From Haliotis cracherodii (taxonomy: Eukaryota): a stretch of DNA of 64,000 nt. The stretch is from positions 53,382,001-53,446,000 of the forward strand of contig NW_027266308.1 of assembly GCF_022045235.1 (NCBI RefSeq). Direction: 5' to 3'. The position numbers and the translations under genes were made by a program. Below the pieces are notes generated by a model. The model was not told where the DNA came from. It saw nothing but the letters and a program-made list of their open reading frames with translations, and searched no databases. Within the stretch, counting starts at the first letter, position 1. Each line of letters opens with the position of its first letter. Positions 37,111 through 49,694 of this stretch are shown here, one piece after another.

Positions 37111-37755
37111 ACAAATACATGATCATCGAGATTTTTCTGTATCCTCTTATTCCAAAGATGTTCAATTATATAATGGATATGCGTTTCAAGCTTATTACGA
37201 GCATAACTGTTTCACACAATAACAAATAAGTCATCCTTGTGAAGACTACGGTACTGTTAATGTTTGTTTGTTTGTTGTTTAACGCCGCACTCGGCAATAT
37301 TCCAGCTATATGACGACGGTTATTGTTAATGCCTGGCCCTTCCACACACTATAAGGATTCCTCGCTAGGATTTGTAAATGTTTTGTCCCTGTTTGTTTAT
37401 GAAATTGTCCCACAAAACAAGATGGACATTTAAACGTAGTGTCCACACAGGTGTGCTACGTAGGGCGGCCTCTTTGATGTAGGTGTAAAGTTTTGACAGG
37501 TAAGTGAGTACACGCTCACCTGGCGGAGGCTACTTTAATGTACCGCTACCTCGTCGACGACTGCTACCGTTTTAATTAGGTAAACAAAGATATAGTTCTT
37601 ATTGCTGTGAAAACAATCAAGATGTTTCAACTTAAACAGCATGGCGGCTATACATGAAGAAAGAATTCCTGATTATTAACAACACAGACGTGGGAGTAAT
37701 GAGTGGGTGGTGTATGGTGGTTGACTTAAAAGAAGCCCGATGGTCATGGTACGGG

Positions 37756-37792
37756 TATAAAGTCGAAAACTTCCATCCTTGAGTCATCAGTC
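37756..37792 (+). promoter_or_regulatory. Core promoter of the homeobox gene (TATA box plus initiator), present in each unit
   Basis: TATAAAG at 37756-37762 and an Inr-like TCATCAGTC with A at 37786/37789 (30-33 bp downstream); the ATG follows ~110 bp later with no intervening ATG seen. Confidence 0.65.
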
Positions 37793-37896
37793 ATAGAGCT
37801 GCCCTAATCGAAACCAGCAAGACTTGTCACCGAGACCATCTTCACATTTCGAGCATTTTCTCTTTTAAAAGTATTCTATACAATTACCACACTATA

Positions 37897-39122
37897 ATGA
37901 AAGTGAAGAGCCCCGAAACCAAGCCAAGCAAGTGCACCGTCAACAAGACAATCGTTTCGGCAAGGAACAGAATCAAGTACTCTGCTAGTCAGGTAAACAT
38001 TTAATTGCTCGAAACGTCAATAGGAAGAAAACATAAACTATTGTTATTTCAAAAGTAAATCGCAATACAAATTTAACACGTTTTCATCTCCACTATCCAT
38101 ATCCACAGTTGAGGCAACTGGAGAAGGTATTCGTGTCCTCTCAGTATCCTGACAGCTCCATCTTGGAGGATCTCTCCAACACCATCAACATCGACGTAGA
38201 GAGACTATCGGTAGGTAAATCCTCTTTATTAAACTTAACAGAAGTTCTCGAAAGAGATAATTGATCGCACAATACACAATATCATAGTGATATAAAACTC
38301 TCTTTCTTGTCCCCTTAAATGTACATAGGACCCATGAAATGTACTGAAGTGAAATTCTCATTTTTACTGCTTTATTCAGTTTATATGGTAGACTTAAAGA
38401 ATTGTTGGATATTTCATTTCATAATCTTTTCAACCCATATAATAGACCCTGATTTCATTAAATGTCTCGATAATAATGACCTCTCTCTGCCATACAGATC
38501 TGGTTCCAGAACCGCCGTTCCAAGTTCAAGCGTCAGTCTAAAGGTGCTCACGTGAACTGGATGAGACAGCAACTGTATCAACAAGGAACATCACGGTCAC
38601 GTGACATAACGGCTACGGACAAGTGTCACGTGCTCACACCACCAACGACTTCCAAGAAAGATGACGTGAAAGACAAACCCAAATCAAAGTAAGTACACAC
38701 CAAGTTAGTTTCACAGGCGTGTAGTGGGCTCTTATTAGCTTCAACACAATGGCATGTCTGTCTCGGACTAACAACAATCTCTTCTCTTCTTCAGCCTCCA
38801 CTACCTACCCAGCACTGGACCCGGCTGCTCTTCAGTGACGGACTACGACCACGTCTACAACCCCCTGATGTACCCATCATCACACAACGTCTACAGCGCA
38901 CTCAGTGACGCAGTATCCTGTACACGGCCTACCCAGAATACTCTCCACTACCCACATCTGATGACGGAAACATCCTTCCAAGTCACACCATGCCAGCAAC
39001 AGTGGACAGAGTATTCCAACCAGTCCAACTTCAGCTCTCCCGGAACTCCATACTACCAGAATTATATACCCCACTTCAACTTCCTAAGTGATCAGATGAC
39101 ATTTCCCCAGATGGGCGTCTAG
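37897..39122 (+). CDS. PRD-class-like Q50 homeobox protein, copy 3 (intact, 238 aa); exons 37897-37992, 38109-38210, 38498-38688, 38795-39122
   Basis: GT-AG introns (phases 0, 0, 2) give an open frame. Homeodomain SARNRIKYSASQ|LRQLEKVFVSSQYPDSSILEDLSNTINIDVERLS|IWFQNRRSKFKRQS with R5, L16, F20, Y25-P26, W48-F49-Q50-N51, R53; intron between codons 46/47 is typical of PRD class. Confidence 0.92.
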
Positions 39123-39304
39123 AACCTTCGGGGATGTATTCGTGGCCAGACGAAGCACGAGGGCGTAATTTGTGCAATATGCACTGCAGTCCAATGTTGA
39201 ACTCATCTTGGGCCTGCTTTGTTACTATTAATGTATATATTGTTGTGTTTACGTTATGGATTGCAACTGTCATTTGAAAAGGACTGTGTAAATGTTTCTG
39301 AGAT

Positions 39305-39310
39305 AATAAA
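39305..39310 (+). terminator. Probable polyadenylation signal AATAAA of the homeobox gene (present in every unit)
   Basis: AATAAA ~180 bp after the TAG, followed by a T-rich element. Confidence 0.55.
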
Positions 39311-42113
39311 CATTATCTGAAAACTATCATTTCCTGTTCTTATGAAACACGCATTTTCCCACTTTCATGTAAACCACGATTACAAATATCTTACTGATAA
39401 ACAAAGGATCCTAAACAGGCGAATCTTGGATTCGAACACATGATTGGTGGATGTTGGTTGGACTAAGAGACAAACCTCTGCACCGTTCAAATGAATCTGC
39501 TTGAAGGAAACTTTTATTGTGAAATTTAACCGTTCTTTAGGTTGTGTGATATGAAATATAAAGCATTGTATAAATCATTTTTAGCAAAGCTACCCTCACA
39601 GGTATAGATCCTCACCTCCTTGGAAACATGTGTGTTGCAACTGCGACAGATATCCTGCTTTGCTCAGGTCACATTTAAGAGTGTTGTGGTTACATATGTT
39701 CCATCGTATATAGGTAATAACTAAAACATTAAATGAAGCTATGTTTTCAAGGCTTGAATGATACATTTGGCATCAAATAACACTCATGTTAAACTTTGAA
39801 GCTGCTCAGTTACGGTCAATGTGATATCCCGATCTATGCCTGTAAGGTATTATCAACAACTTTCGTATGCACTTGTAATCGCCATGTTGCGTATAGGAGC
39901 CAAACCTTCATGCTGACGTTATCGGATTATCGGGCGCTTCCTTTGGATACCATTGTCTTAAGCAGATGTCGACACAATTTACCGTCTGGGAGCGTAAAAC
40001 ATATATACATGCATAAGGCGTGTCGGACAAACCAATTACGTCAATCAGTACTGTACATACATTATATACCACTAGTTCAAACCATTCATTATTTCATATG
40101 GCGAGAGATACAGACTGGTAAACGGGAAATTTACCCATAGGGTGACCCTTGTATTGCAGAAAAGCCAAGCAAGTAATGGTACAGCAATCACAGTTTAAGG
40201 TGTCATTTACAGGTATTTGGATTATTACCACGAAAAAGTACATGGCAATAGTTTCAACAGTTTTAAAAATAGTTTGCCAAATCAATACTGACATTAATTT
40301 CTTCATAACCATCATTTAGGATCCGATTTTCTATCATAATACCATATGGATCTTCCAAATGTTATATATCAATTTATTTATGTGTCAGTTTAGGTATGTA
40401 ATGTGTATTTTATTATCATATTGTGAGGCGCTAAATATACAGGTGAGGAACATCAAACGTCCCATGAACTACTTGAACCTTACCCCTCTATAAATTGTAA
40501 ATATAGTTGCTGAGTTTTCAGCTTCATGTTGGTTGTGAGACTTCATTAAATATTAAGTACCAAAAACGTCTCTACACTATGGTGGCAGCCAACTTCTACT
40601 AATATTTCGATCAAATGATAATATACCTTACGTCGGAATATATGCATCGGAATATATAGAATCTGAGCGTGATCTTGAAATAGCTTGGCACATCCGTTCA
40701 GTTAGCATAGAGTAAAATATTTTGAAGTTAATAAAGTGAAATATAAATAGCTACAAAGAGAAAAGTAATTTTTACGTGTTATCGGTGGTTATGATGAACA
40801 TGTAACTTGAAAATTGCAAGGTTTTTACCAAACCTAAAATTCTTAAGAGAGGCGGGTAAAGACAATAAAATAAACTTTCCATATTCATATTAAGAATTTG
40901 TGTCAAACACACACTCGATTGTATAATTCCGACCATATCATGAGTATGTTTCCATTAGTCGCCATCAAATAGTGATGATACCAGATGTTGGCGAAAAGGC
41001 GAGCGTATCCGGCTCCGCTATTTCCCCAGTTGCACCCCGTCACAAACACATGCAAAACCAAGGCAATTGTTCACCCGAAAAAAAACAACGGAACAAGTTA
41101 AAAAGGGAACTGTATCAAGCATCATTTGGTCACTGGTGCGTCAAATTTGGAAATGTCATCCACATGTCTACCACAAAAGCTTTAAAAGCTTTATGTTGTA
41201 ACTAAGAACACTCTTTGAAATCATCGTGGAAAGAGCTTGCTCGAGTGAACCTCAAAAGTTGTGAAATGTAGACAACTGGGAACCATTTTTCTTGGCTCAC
41301 GACATATATACGCCTTATTTCTTTTGAACAAATACATGATCATCGAGATTTTTCTGTATCCTCTTATTCCAAAGATGTTCAATTATATAATGGATATGCG
41401 TTTCAAGCTTATTACGAGCATAACTGTTTCACACAATAACAAATAAGTCATCCTTGTGAAGACTACGGTACTGTTAATGTTTGTTTGTTTGTTGTTTAAC
41501 GCCGCACTCGGCAATATTCCAGCTATATGACGACGGTTATTGTTAATGCCTGGCCCTTCCACACACTATAAGGATTCCTCGCTAGGATTTGTAAATGTTT
41601 TGTCCCTGTTTGTTTATGAAATTGTCCCACAAAACAAGATGGACATTTAAACGTAGTGTCCACACAGGTGTGCTACGTAGGGCGGCCTCTTTGATGTAGG
41701 TGTAAAGTTTTGACAGGTAAGTGAGTACACGCTCACCTGGCGGAGGCTACTTTAATGTACCGCTACCTCGTCGACGACTGCTACCGTTTTAATTAGGTAA
41801 ACAAAGATATAGTTCTTATTGCTGTGAAAACAATCAAGATGTTTCAACTTAAACAGCATGGCGGCTATACATGAAGAAAGAATTCCTGATTATTAACAAC
41901 ACAGACGTGGGAGTAATGAGTGGGTGGTGTATGGTGGTTGACTTAAAAGAAGCCCGATGGTCATGGTACGGGTATAAAGTCGAAAACTTCCATCCTTGAG
42001 TCATCAGTCATAGAGCTGCCCTAATCGAAACCAGCAAGACTTGTCACCGAGACCATCTTCACATTTCGAGCATTTTCTCTTTTAAAAGTATTCTATACAA
42101 TTACCACACTATA

Positions 42114-43339
42114 ATGAAAGTGAAGAGCCCCGAAACCAAGCCAAGCAAGTGCACCGTCAACAAGACAATCGTTTCGGCAAGGAACAGAATCAAGTACTCT
42201 GCTAGTCAGGTAAACATTTAATTGCTCGAAACGTCAATAGGAAGAAAACATAAACTATTGTTATTTCAAAAGTAAATCGCAATACAAATTTAACACGTTT
42301 TCATCTCCACTATCCATATCCACAGTTGAGGCAACTGGAGAAGGTATTCGTGTCCTCTCAGTATCCTGACAGCTCCATCTTGGAGGATCTCTCCAACACC
42401 ATCAACATCGACGTAGAGAGACTATCGGTAGGTAAATCCTCTTTATTAAACTTAACAGAAGTTCTCGAAAGAGATAATTGATCGCACAATACACAATATC
42501 ATAGTGATATAAAACTCTCTTTCTTGTCCCCTTAAATGTACATAGGACCCATGAAATGTACTGAAGTGAAATTCTCATTTTTACTGCTTTATTCAGTTTA
42601 TATGGTAGACTTAAAGAATTGTTGGATATTTCATTTCATAATCTTTTCAACCCATATAATAGACCCTGATTTCATTAAATGTCTCGATAATAATGACCTC
42701 TCTCTGCCATACAGATCTGGTTCCAGAACCGCCGTTCCAAGTTCAAGCGTCAGTCTAAAGGTGCTCACGTGAACTGGATGAGACAGCAACTGTATCAACA
42801 AGGAACATCACGGTCACGTGACATAACGGCTACGGACAAGTGTCACGTGCTCACACCACCAACGACTTCCAAGAAAGATGACGTGAAAGACAAACCCAAA
42901 TCAAAGTAAGTACACACCAAGTTAGTTTCACCTGCGTGTAGTGGGCTCTTATTAGCTTCAACACAATGGCATGTCTGTCTCGGACTAACAACAATCTCTT
43001 CTCTTCTTCAGCCTCCACTACCTACCCAGCACTGGACCCGGCTGCTCTTCAGTGACGGACTACGACCACGTCTACAACCCCCTGATGTACCCATCATCAC
43101 ACAACGTCTACAGCGCACTCAGTGACGCAGTATCCTGTACACGGCCTACCCAGAATACTCTCCACTACCCACATCTGATGACGGAAACATCCTTCCAAGT
43201 CACACCATGCCAGCAACAGTGGACAGAGTATTCCAACCAGTCCAACTTCAGCTCTCCCGGAACTCCATACTACCAGAATTATATACCCCACTTCAACTTC
43301 CTAAGTGATCAGATGACATTTCCCCAGATGGGCGTCTAG
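42114..43339 (+). CDS. PRD-class-like homeobox protein, copy 4 (intact); exons 42114-42209, 42326-42427, 42715-42905, 43012-43339
   Basis: Same splice sites and protein as copy 3. Confidence 0.92.
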
Positions 43340-46089
43340 AACCTTCGGGGATGTATTCGTGGCCAGACGAAGCACGAGGGCGTAATTTGTGCAATATGCA
43401 CTGCAGTCCAATGTTGAACTCATCTTGGGCCTGCTTTGTTGTTACTATTAATGTATATATTGTTGTGTTTACGTTATGGATTGCAACTGTCATTTGAAGA
43501 GGACTGTGTAAATGTTTCTGAGATAATAAACATTATCTGAAAACTATCATTTCCTGTTCTTATGAAACACGCATTTTCCCACTTTCATGTAAACCACGAT
43601 TACAAATATCTTACTGATAAACAAAGGATCCTAAACAGGCGAATCTTGGATTCGAACACATGATTGGTGGATGTTGGTTGGACTAAGAGACAAACCTCTG
43701 CACCGTTCAAATGAATCTGCTTGAAGGAAACTTTTATTGTGAAATTTAACCGTTCTTTAGGTTGTGTGATATGAAATATAAAGCATTGTATAAATCATTT
43801 TTAGCAAAGCTACCCTCACAGGTATAGATCCTCACCTCCTTGGAAACATGTGTGTTGCAACTGCGACAGATATCCTGCTTTGCTCAGGTCACATTTAAGA
43901 GTGTTGTGGTTACATATGTTCCATCGTATATAGGTAATAACTAAAACATTAAATGAAGCTATGTTTTCAAGGCTTGAATGATACATTTGGCATCAAATAA
44001 CACTCATGTTAAACTTTGAAGCTGCTCAGTTACGGTCAATGTGATATCCCGATCTATGCCTGTAAGGTATTATCAACAACTTTCGTATGCACTTGTAATC
44101 GCCATGTTGCGTATAGGAGCCAAACCTTCATGCTGACGTTATCGGATTATCGGGCGCTTCCTTTGGATACCATTGTCTTAAGCAGATGTCGACACAATTT
44201 ACCGTCTGGGAGCGTAAAACATATATACATGCATAAGGCGTGTCGGACAAACCAATTACGTCAATCAGTACTGTACATACATTATATACCACTAGTTCAA
44301 ACCATTCATTATTTCATATGGCGAGAGATACAGACTGGTAAACGGGAAATTTACCCATAGGGTGACCCTTGTATTGCAGAAAAGCCAAGCAAGTAATGGT
44401 ACAGCAATCACAGTTTAAGGTGTCATTTACAGGTATTTGGATTATTACCACGAAAAAGTACATGGCAATAGTTTCAACAGTTTTAAAAATAGTTTGCCAA
44501 ATCAATACTGACATTAATTTCTTCATAACCATCATTTAGGATCCGATTTTCTATCATAATACCATATGGATCTTCCAAATGTTATATATCAATTTATTTA
44601 TGTGTCAGTTTAGGTATGTAATGTGTATTTTATTATCATATTGTGAGGCGCTAAATATACAGGTGAGGAACATCAAACGTCCCATGAACTACTTGAACCT
44701 TACCCCTCTATAAATTGTAAATATAGTTGCTGAGTTTTCAGCTTCATGTTGGTTGTGAGACTTCATTAAATATTAAGTACCAAAAACGTCTCTACACTAT
44801 GGTGGCAGCCAACTTCTACTAATATTTCGATCAAATGATAATATACCTTACGTCGGAATATATGCATCGGAATATATAGAATCTGAGCGTGACCTTGAAA
44901 TAGCTTGGCACATCCGTTCAGTTAGCATAGAGTAAAATATTTTGAAGTTAATAAAGTGAAATATAAATAGCTACAAAGAGAAAAGTAATTTTTACGTGTT
45001 ATCGGTGGTTATGATGAACATGTAACTTGAAAATTGCAAGGTTTTTACCAAACCTAAAATTCTTAAGAGAGGCGGGTAAAGACAATAAAATAAACTTTCC
45101 ATATTCATATTAAGAATTTGTGTCAAACACACACTCGATTGTATAATTCCGACCATATCATGAGTATGTTTCCATTAGTCGCCATCAAATAGTGATGATA
45201 CCAGATGTTGGCGAAAAGGCGAGCGTATCCGGCCCCGCTATTTCCCCGGTTACACCCCGTCACAAACACATGCAAAACCAAGGCAATTGTTCACCCGGAA
45301 AAAAAAGGGAACAAGTTAAAAAGGGAACTGTATCAAGCATCATTTGGTCACTGATGCGTCAAATTTGGAAATGTCATCCACATGTCTACCACAAAACGTT
45401 TTAAAAGCTTTATGTTGTAACTAAGAACACTCTTTGAAATCATCGTGGAAAGAGCTTGCTCGAGTGTACCTCAGAAGTTGTGAAATGTAGACAACTGGGA
45501 ACCATTTTTCTTGGCTCACGACATATATACGCCTTATTTCTTTTGAACAAATACATGATCATCGAGATTTTTCTGTATCCTCTTATTCCAAAGATGTTCA
45601 ATTATATAATGGATATGCGTTTCAAGCTTATTACGAGCATAACTGTTTCACACAATAACAAATAAGTTATCCTTGTGAAGACTACGGTGTTGTTAATGTT
45701 TGTTTGTTTGTTGTTTAACGCCGCACTCGGCAATATTCCAGCTATATGACGACGGTTATTGTTAATGCCTGGCCCTTCCACACACTATAAGGATTCCTCG
45801 CTAGGATTTGTAAATGTTTTGTCCCTGTTTGTTAATGAAATTGTCCCACAAAACAAGATGGACATTTAAACGTAGTGTCCACACATATGTGCTACGTAGG
45901 GCGGCCTCTTTGATGTAGGTGTAAAGTTTTGACAGGTAAGTGAGTACACGCTCACCTGGCGGAGGCTACTTTAATGTACCGCTACCTCGTCGACGACTGC
46001 TACCGTTTTAATTAGGTAAACAAAGATATAGTTCTTATTGCTGTGAAAACAATCAAGATGTTTCAACTTAAACAGCATGGCGGCTATAC

Positions 46090-49000
46090 ATGAAGAAAGA
46101 ATTCCTGATTATTAACAACACAGACGTGGGAGTAATGAGTGGGTGGTGTATGGTGGTTGACTTAAAAGAAGCCCGATGGTCATGGTACGGGTATAAAGTC
46201 GAAAACTTCCATCCTTTGGACGTACCAATCCAAACAGAAAACCAAGAACCAAAATTCCATTACAACAAAGCTAACTGGGACCAATTCCAAGATATCTGCA
46301 ACGAAGCTAACTTAAACGAAATAGAAAATAATGATCCAGAAACCTATTGTAACAACCTAACAGACTATATAATAAACGCAGCCAAAACCTCCATCCCCTT
46401 CAAAGTATCTAAGACAGGCAAACCGACGGTACCATGGTGGAATGAGGAAATAGAACAGACTAGACGAAAACGTAAATCAGCCTTCAATAAAGCAAAACGC
46501 GACTACAAATATTTAAACATAGCCCACGAACTAAACCACCAGGTTCAAAAACTAGTCCAAATAGCCAAAAGTAGAGACTGGAAAAAATTCTGCGAAGGTA
46601 TAAATAACCGTACAGATGCCAGAACGGTCTGGCGCAAAATCCACGCCATTAGAGGCTTAAAACGACATAAAAAAAACCCTAACATTAACAACTCAACCAA
46701 CCCCGCCCAAAAAGCAAATAATCTCGCCAACCACTTTTCGGCCGTTAGCAGTAACAGCAACTTCAGCCAAAAATTCCAAGATAAACTTAAAACAGAAAAC
46801 AAACCCACAAAAGAACCAAACAATAACAATCTAGAAATAAATCAACCCTACACAATGGAGGAGCTCCTCTACGTAATCCAAAACAGGAAAAAGGGCACAG
46901 CCCCAGGATTAGACCTAACCTCTTACCAAATAATTAACAAACTCCCCCTAAAACTGCTCCAGGCACTACTCAAACTATACAATCTCATCTACCTAAACGG
47001 ACAGGTTCCTACACCCTGGAAACAGGCCCTAGTCATACCAATCCCTAAACCTAATAAACCAGCTAATCAAGCTAACTCATATAGACCAATATCCCTAACT
47101 TCAAACTTATGTAAAGTAATGGAATCAATGGCTAAAAATAGATTACAACATTACTTAAACCAAAATAACACCATAAACCCAGATCAAAGCGGTTTCACTC
47201 CTGGCCGCTCAACCCTAGATAACCTCGCCCGACTAGAACAAGATATTAAGACAGGACAACTAAATAAACAATATACCACAGGCATCTTCTTAGACTTCTC
47301 TAAAGCTTTCGACATGGTATGGCACGATGGGCTAATACAAAAACTTAAAAAAATAGGACTCAAAGGTCAGATAATAAACTACATCCAGGACTTCCTAAAC
47401 AATCGTAAAATAACCGTGTGTATAGACCAAACTCTATCGGACCAATGTCCCCTAGAAAATGGCACTCCACAGGGCAGTATCCTCAGCCCCACCCTCTTCA
47501 ATATAATGATAAACGATCTATTCGAGGGTCTATCCCCTAAAGTAAACACATCAAAATTCGCGGATGATGGAGCCATCTGGATCCGCACTAAAAGCATGAA
47601 AATGGCCACAAATCTACTCCAAAAATCTCTTAATAAAATACAACAATGGGCTGACAAATGGGGCTTCTCCCTTAACTCAGAAAAAACAACAGGAATAGTA
47701 TTCAAACATAAAAACATGAAACCCGCCTCCCCAATCCTCCAGCTAAACAACCAAACAATCAAATTTCAAAAACAAACCAAATTCTTAGGACTTATTTTCG
47801 ATGAACATCTCACCTGGGATGCTCACATCCAAAACCTAACAACTAAATGCAGTAAAGACCTAAACACCCTAAGATGCCTAACTGGCTCTAACTGGGGAGC
47901 CTCCAAAGATACTCTCCTCTCTCTCTACATATCCCTAATTAGATCAAAACTAGACTACGGCTGCGCCATATACAACACCCTAAACAACTCTCTATCCAAA
48001 AAACTTGACTCAATACAATATCAGGCTCTCAAACTCATTACACGCACCCAACATGGCACCTCCTACACCTCACTTCAGGCCTTAACAGGAGAAATGCCAC
48101 TAAGTCTACGCAGGGAACAGCTAAGCTTAAATTTCTGGGCCGCGTCCCAATCAAACCCTCTCATCCAAAACTTAATAAACCAAAACATCAGCCCTAAAAA
48201 CCAAGCTCTAGCTCGTAAACACCCCTTACTTACCCCAATATCCCAAAGAATAACAAACTACCTAAATGAACACCAAATTAAAAATCTTAAACAAAACTGC
48301 AAACAATCAAATATCTTCACCCCTAAACTTAAAATACCCAAAATAGACACAACACTAGCTAGCCAAATAAATAAACAAACCGACCCAAACATAGCTAAAA
48401 CTACCACACTAGCATACATACACAAAAATTGGCCAAATTGGTGTCACATTTACACGGACGGATCCTCAGATCCGACCTCCAAACACACGGGTTTCGGAGT
48501 CCATACCACACAACCAACTAAAACCACACAATCCTTCCGACTCCCAAATAACCAATCAATATTCACGGCCGAACTAATGGGCATGGCCTCAGCCCTCCAC
48601 AATCAAGAATCCAAAAACAACCAAAAAATCCTAATACTTACTGACTCCCTAAGTGGACTACAAGCCCTCCAAAACAAAAATACCAAAAACCGACCTAAAT
48701 TAATAAATCAAATACTTAAAAGCTCCAACGACCTAACAAAAGCAGGCAAACAAATAACCTTCTTGTGGATACCCGCCCACGTAGGAATATACGGTAATGA
48801 AAACGCCGATAAAGCAGCTAAACTATCCCTTAAAATCCCAGAAATAAGCTTAAACTTACCCATCTCAAAATCAGAAATTAAAAGTGTAAACAAACAAAAA
48901 ATCACAAAAAAATGGCATAACCTATATCTAAACTCAAATAGCAAAATCAAAAGAGTGCTCAGCAAACCACTAACCAAACCAAAAATTCTCCATCCATCAA

Positions 49001-49299
49001 AAAAAATCGACAGAGTAATCACTAAACTCCAAACAGGACACACCAACCTAAATAACCACCTAAAAAAAATTAAAAAACACACTACAGGTAACTGCCCACA
49101 CTGCAAACAACCAGAAACCCCAGAACACGCACTCATCCACTGCACACACTACCTAACACATCGAACCGCATTACAAACCACCCTCAATCTAAACAAGGCT
49201 CTCACTCTAGAAGCAATACTAAACCCACAAAATAAACTAGAAAACTTCAAGGCCTTAGGCGTATTCTTAATAAAAACGGAACTAATAAAACGCATCTAA
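46090..49299 (+). CDS. LINE ORF2 remnant (RT + RNase H + C-terminal CCHC), uninterrupted; the first 42 codons come from the array unit, not the LINE
   Basis: APGLD, YRPISLTS, QSGF, LDFSKAFD, GTPQGSILSP, FADD, IYTDGS, TAEL, TDS, WIPAHVGIYGNE.AD, CPHC..ETPEH...HC. Confidence 0.9.
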   Translation: MKKEFLIINNTDVGVMSGWCMVVDLKEARWSWYGYKVENFHPLDVPIQTENQEPKFHYNKANWDQFQDICNEANLNEIENNDPETYCNNLTDYIINAAKTSIPFKVSKTGKPTVPWWNEEIEQTRRKRKSAFNKAKRDYKYLNIAHELNHQVQKLVQIAKSRDWKKFCEGINNRTDARTVWRKIHAIRGLKRHKKNPNINNSTNPAQKANNLANHFSAVSSNSNFSQKFQDKLKTENKPTKEPNNNNLEINQPYTMEELLYVIQNRKKGTAPGLDLTSYQIINKLPLKLLQALLKLYNLIYLNGQVPTPWKQALVIPIPKPNKPANQANSYRPISLTSNLCKVMESMAKNRLQHYLNQNNTINPDQSGFTPGRSTLDNLARLEQDIKTGQLNKQYTTGIFLDFSKAFDMVWHDGLIQKLKKIGLKGQIINYIQDFLNNRKITVCIDQTLSDQCPLENGTPQGSILSPTLFNIMINDLFEGLSPKVNTSKFADDGAIWIRTKSMKMATNLLQKSLNKIQQWADKWGFSLNSEKTTGIVFKHKNMKPASPILQLNNQTIKFQKQTKFLGLIFDEHLTWDAHIQNLTTKCSKDLNTLRCLTGSNWGASKDTLLSLYISLIRSKLDYGCAIYNTLNNSLSKKLDSIQYQALKLITRTQHGTSYTSLQALTGEMPLSLRREQLSLNFWAASQSNPLIQNLINQNISPKNQALARKHPLLTPISQRITNYLNEHQIKNLKQNCKQSNIFTPKLKIPKIDTTLASQINKQTDPNIAKTTTLAYIHKNWPNWCHIYTDGSSDPTSKHTGFGVHTTQPTKTTQSFRLPNNQSIFTAELMGMASALHNQESKNNQKILILTDSLSGLQALQNKNTKNRPKLINQILKSSNDLTKAGKQITFLWIPAHVGIYGNENADKAAKLSLKIPEISLNLPISKSEIKSVNKQKITKKWHNLYLNSNSKIKRVLSKPLTKPKILHPSKKIDRVITKLQTGHTNLNNHLKKIKKHTTGNCPHCKQPETPEHALIHCTHYLTHRTALQTTLNLNKALTLEAILNPQNKLENFKALGVFLIKTELIKRI

Positions 49300-49573
49300 A
49301 ACCATAATAACCTACCAAATCAAAATCACATAAACAAACAATCATCCACCATACCCAGCTCCCTTAGTTCTCCTCCCCAACCCCATCAGCATCTATTCCA
49401 AATCTCAAAATTCCCAAATTCTATATAAGCAACCCCTAAAGCCCCCTCTTGGGTTGCACAGACCACCCTCGCCCCTTTCGGAAACACATTAAATGGCCGG
49501 GCCGGGCCCGTGTGCGAAATACGCATCAGTCGGAAAGCGCACGTTAAATCTCCAAAGTAAGTAAGTAAGTAAG
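46217..49573 (+). mobile_element. 5'-truncated RNase H-containing LINE (I-group: I/Nimb/Ingi-like), 3357 bp
   Basis: TSD tcctt at 46212-46216 and 49574-49578; (TAAG)n tail; absent from the other units; lacks ORF1 and the APE endonuclease. Confidence 0.95.
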
Positions 49574-49694
49574 TCCTTGAGTCATCAGTCATAGAGCTGC
49601 CCTAATCGAAACCAGCAAGACTTGTCACCGAGACCATCTTCACATTTCGAGCATTTTCTCTTTTAAAAGTATTCTATACAATTACCACACTATA

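Noticed and set aside
35579-37229. Repeated spacer ORFs (114, 73, 77, 61 aa) as additional array genes
   Set aside because: No recognisable domains, mostly non-ATG starts, and stops or frameshifts in some units (e.g. 102-aa and 66-70-aa variants); recurrence only reflects the DNA repeat.
37495-37680. CAGGTAA (Zelda-like) and TAATTA motifs as evidence of zygotic activation or autoregulation
   Set aside because: Short motifs expected by chance in AT-rich DNA, Zelda is an arthropod factor, and no clear paired TAAT-NNN-ATTA site was seen.
38835-39122. 95-aa ORF MTDYD... as a standalone gene
   Set aside because: It starts at GTG and is the in-frame part of exon 4 of the spliced homeobox gene.
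46090-46216. Apparent host-LINE fusion protein (42-codon array ORF in frame with RT)
   Set aside because: The ATG lies upstream of the predicted TATA box and TSS. In other units this ORF simply ends CCT TGA, and an in-frame junction is expected by chance one time in three.
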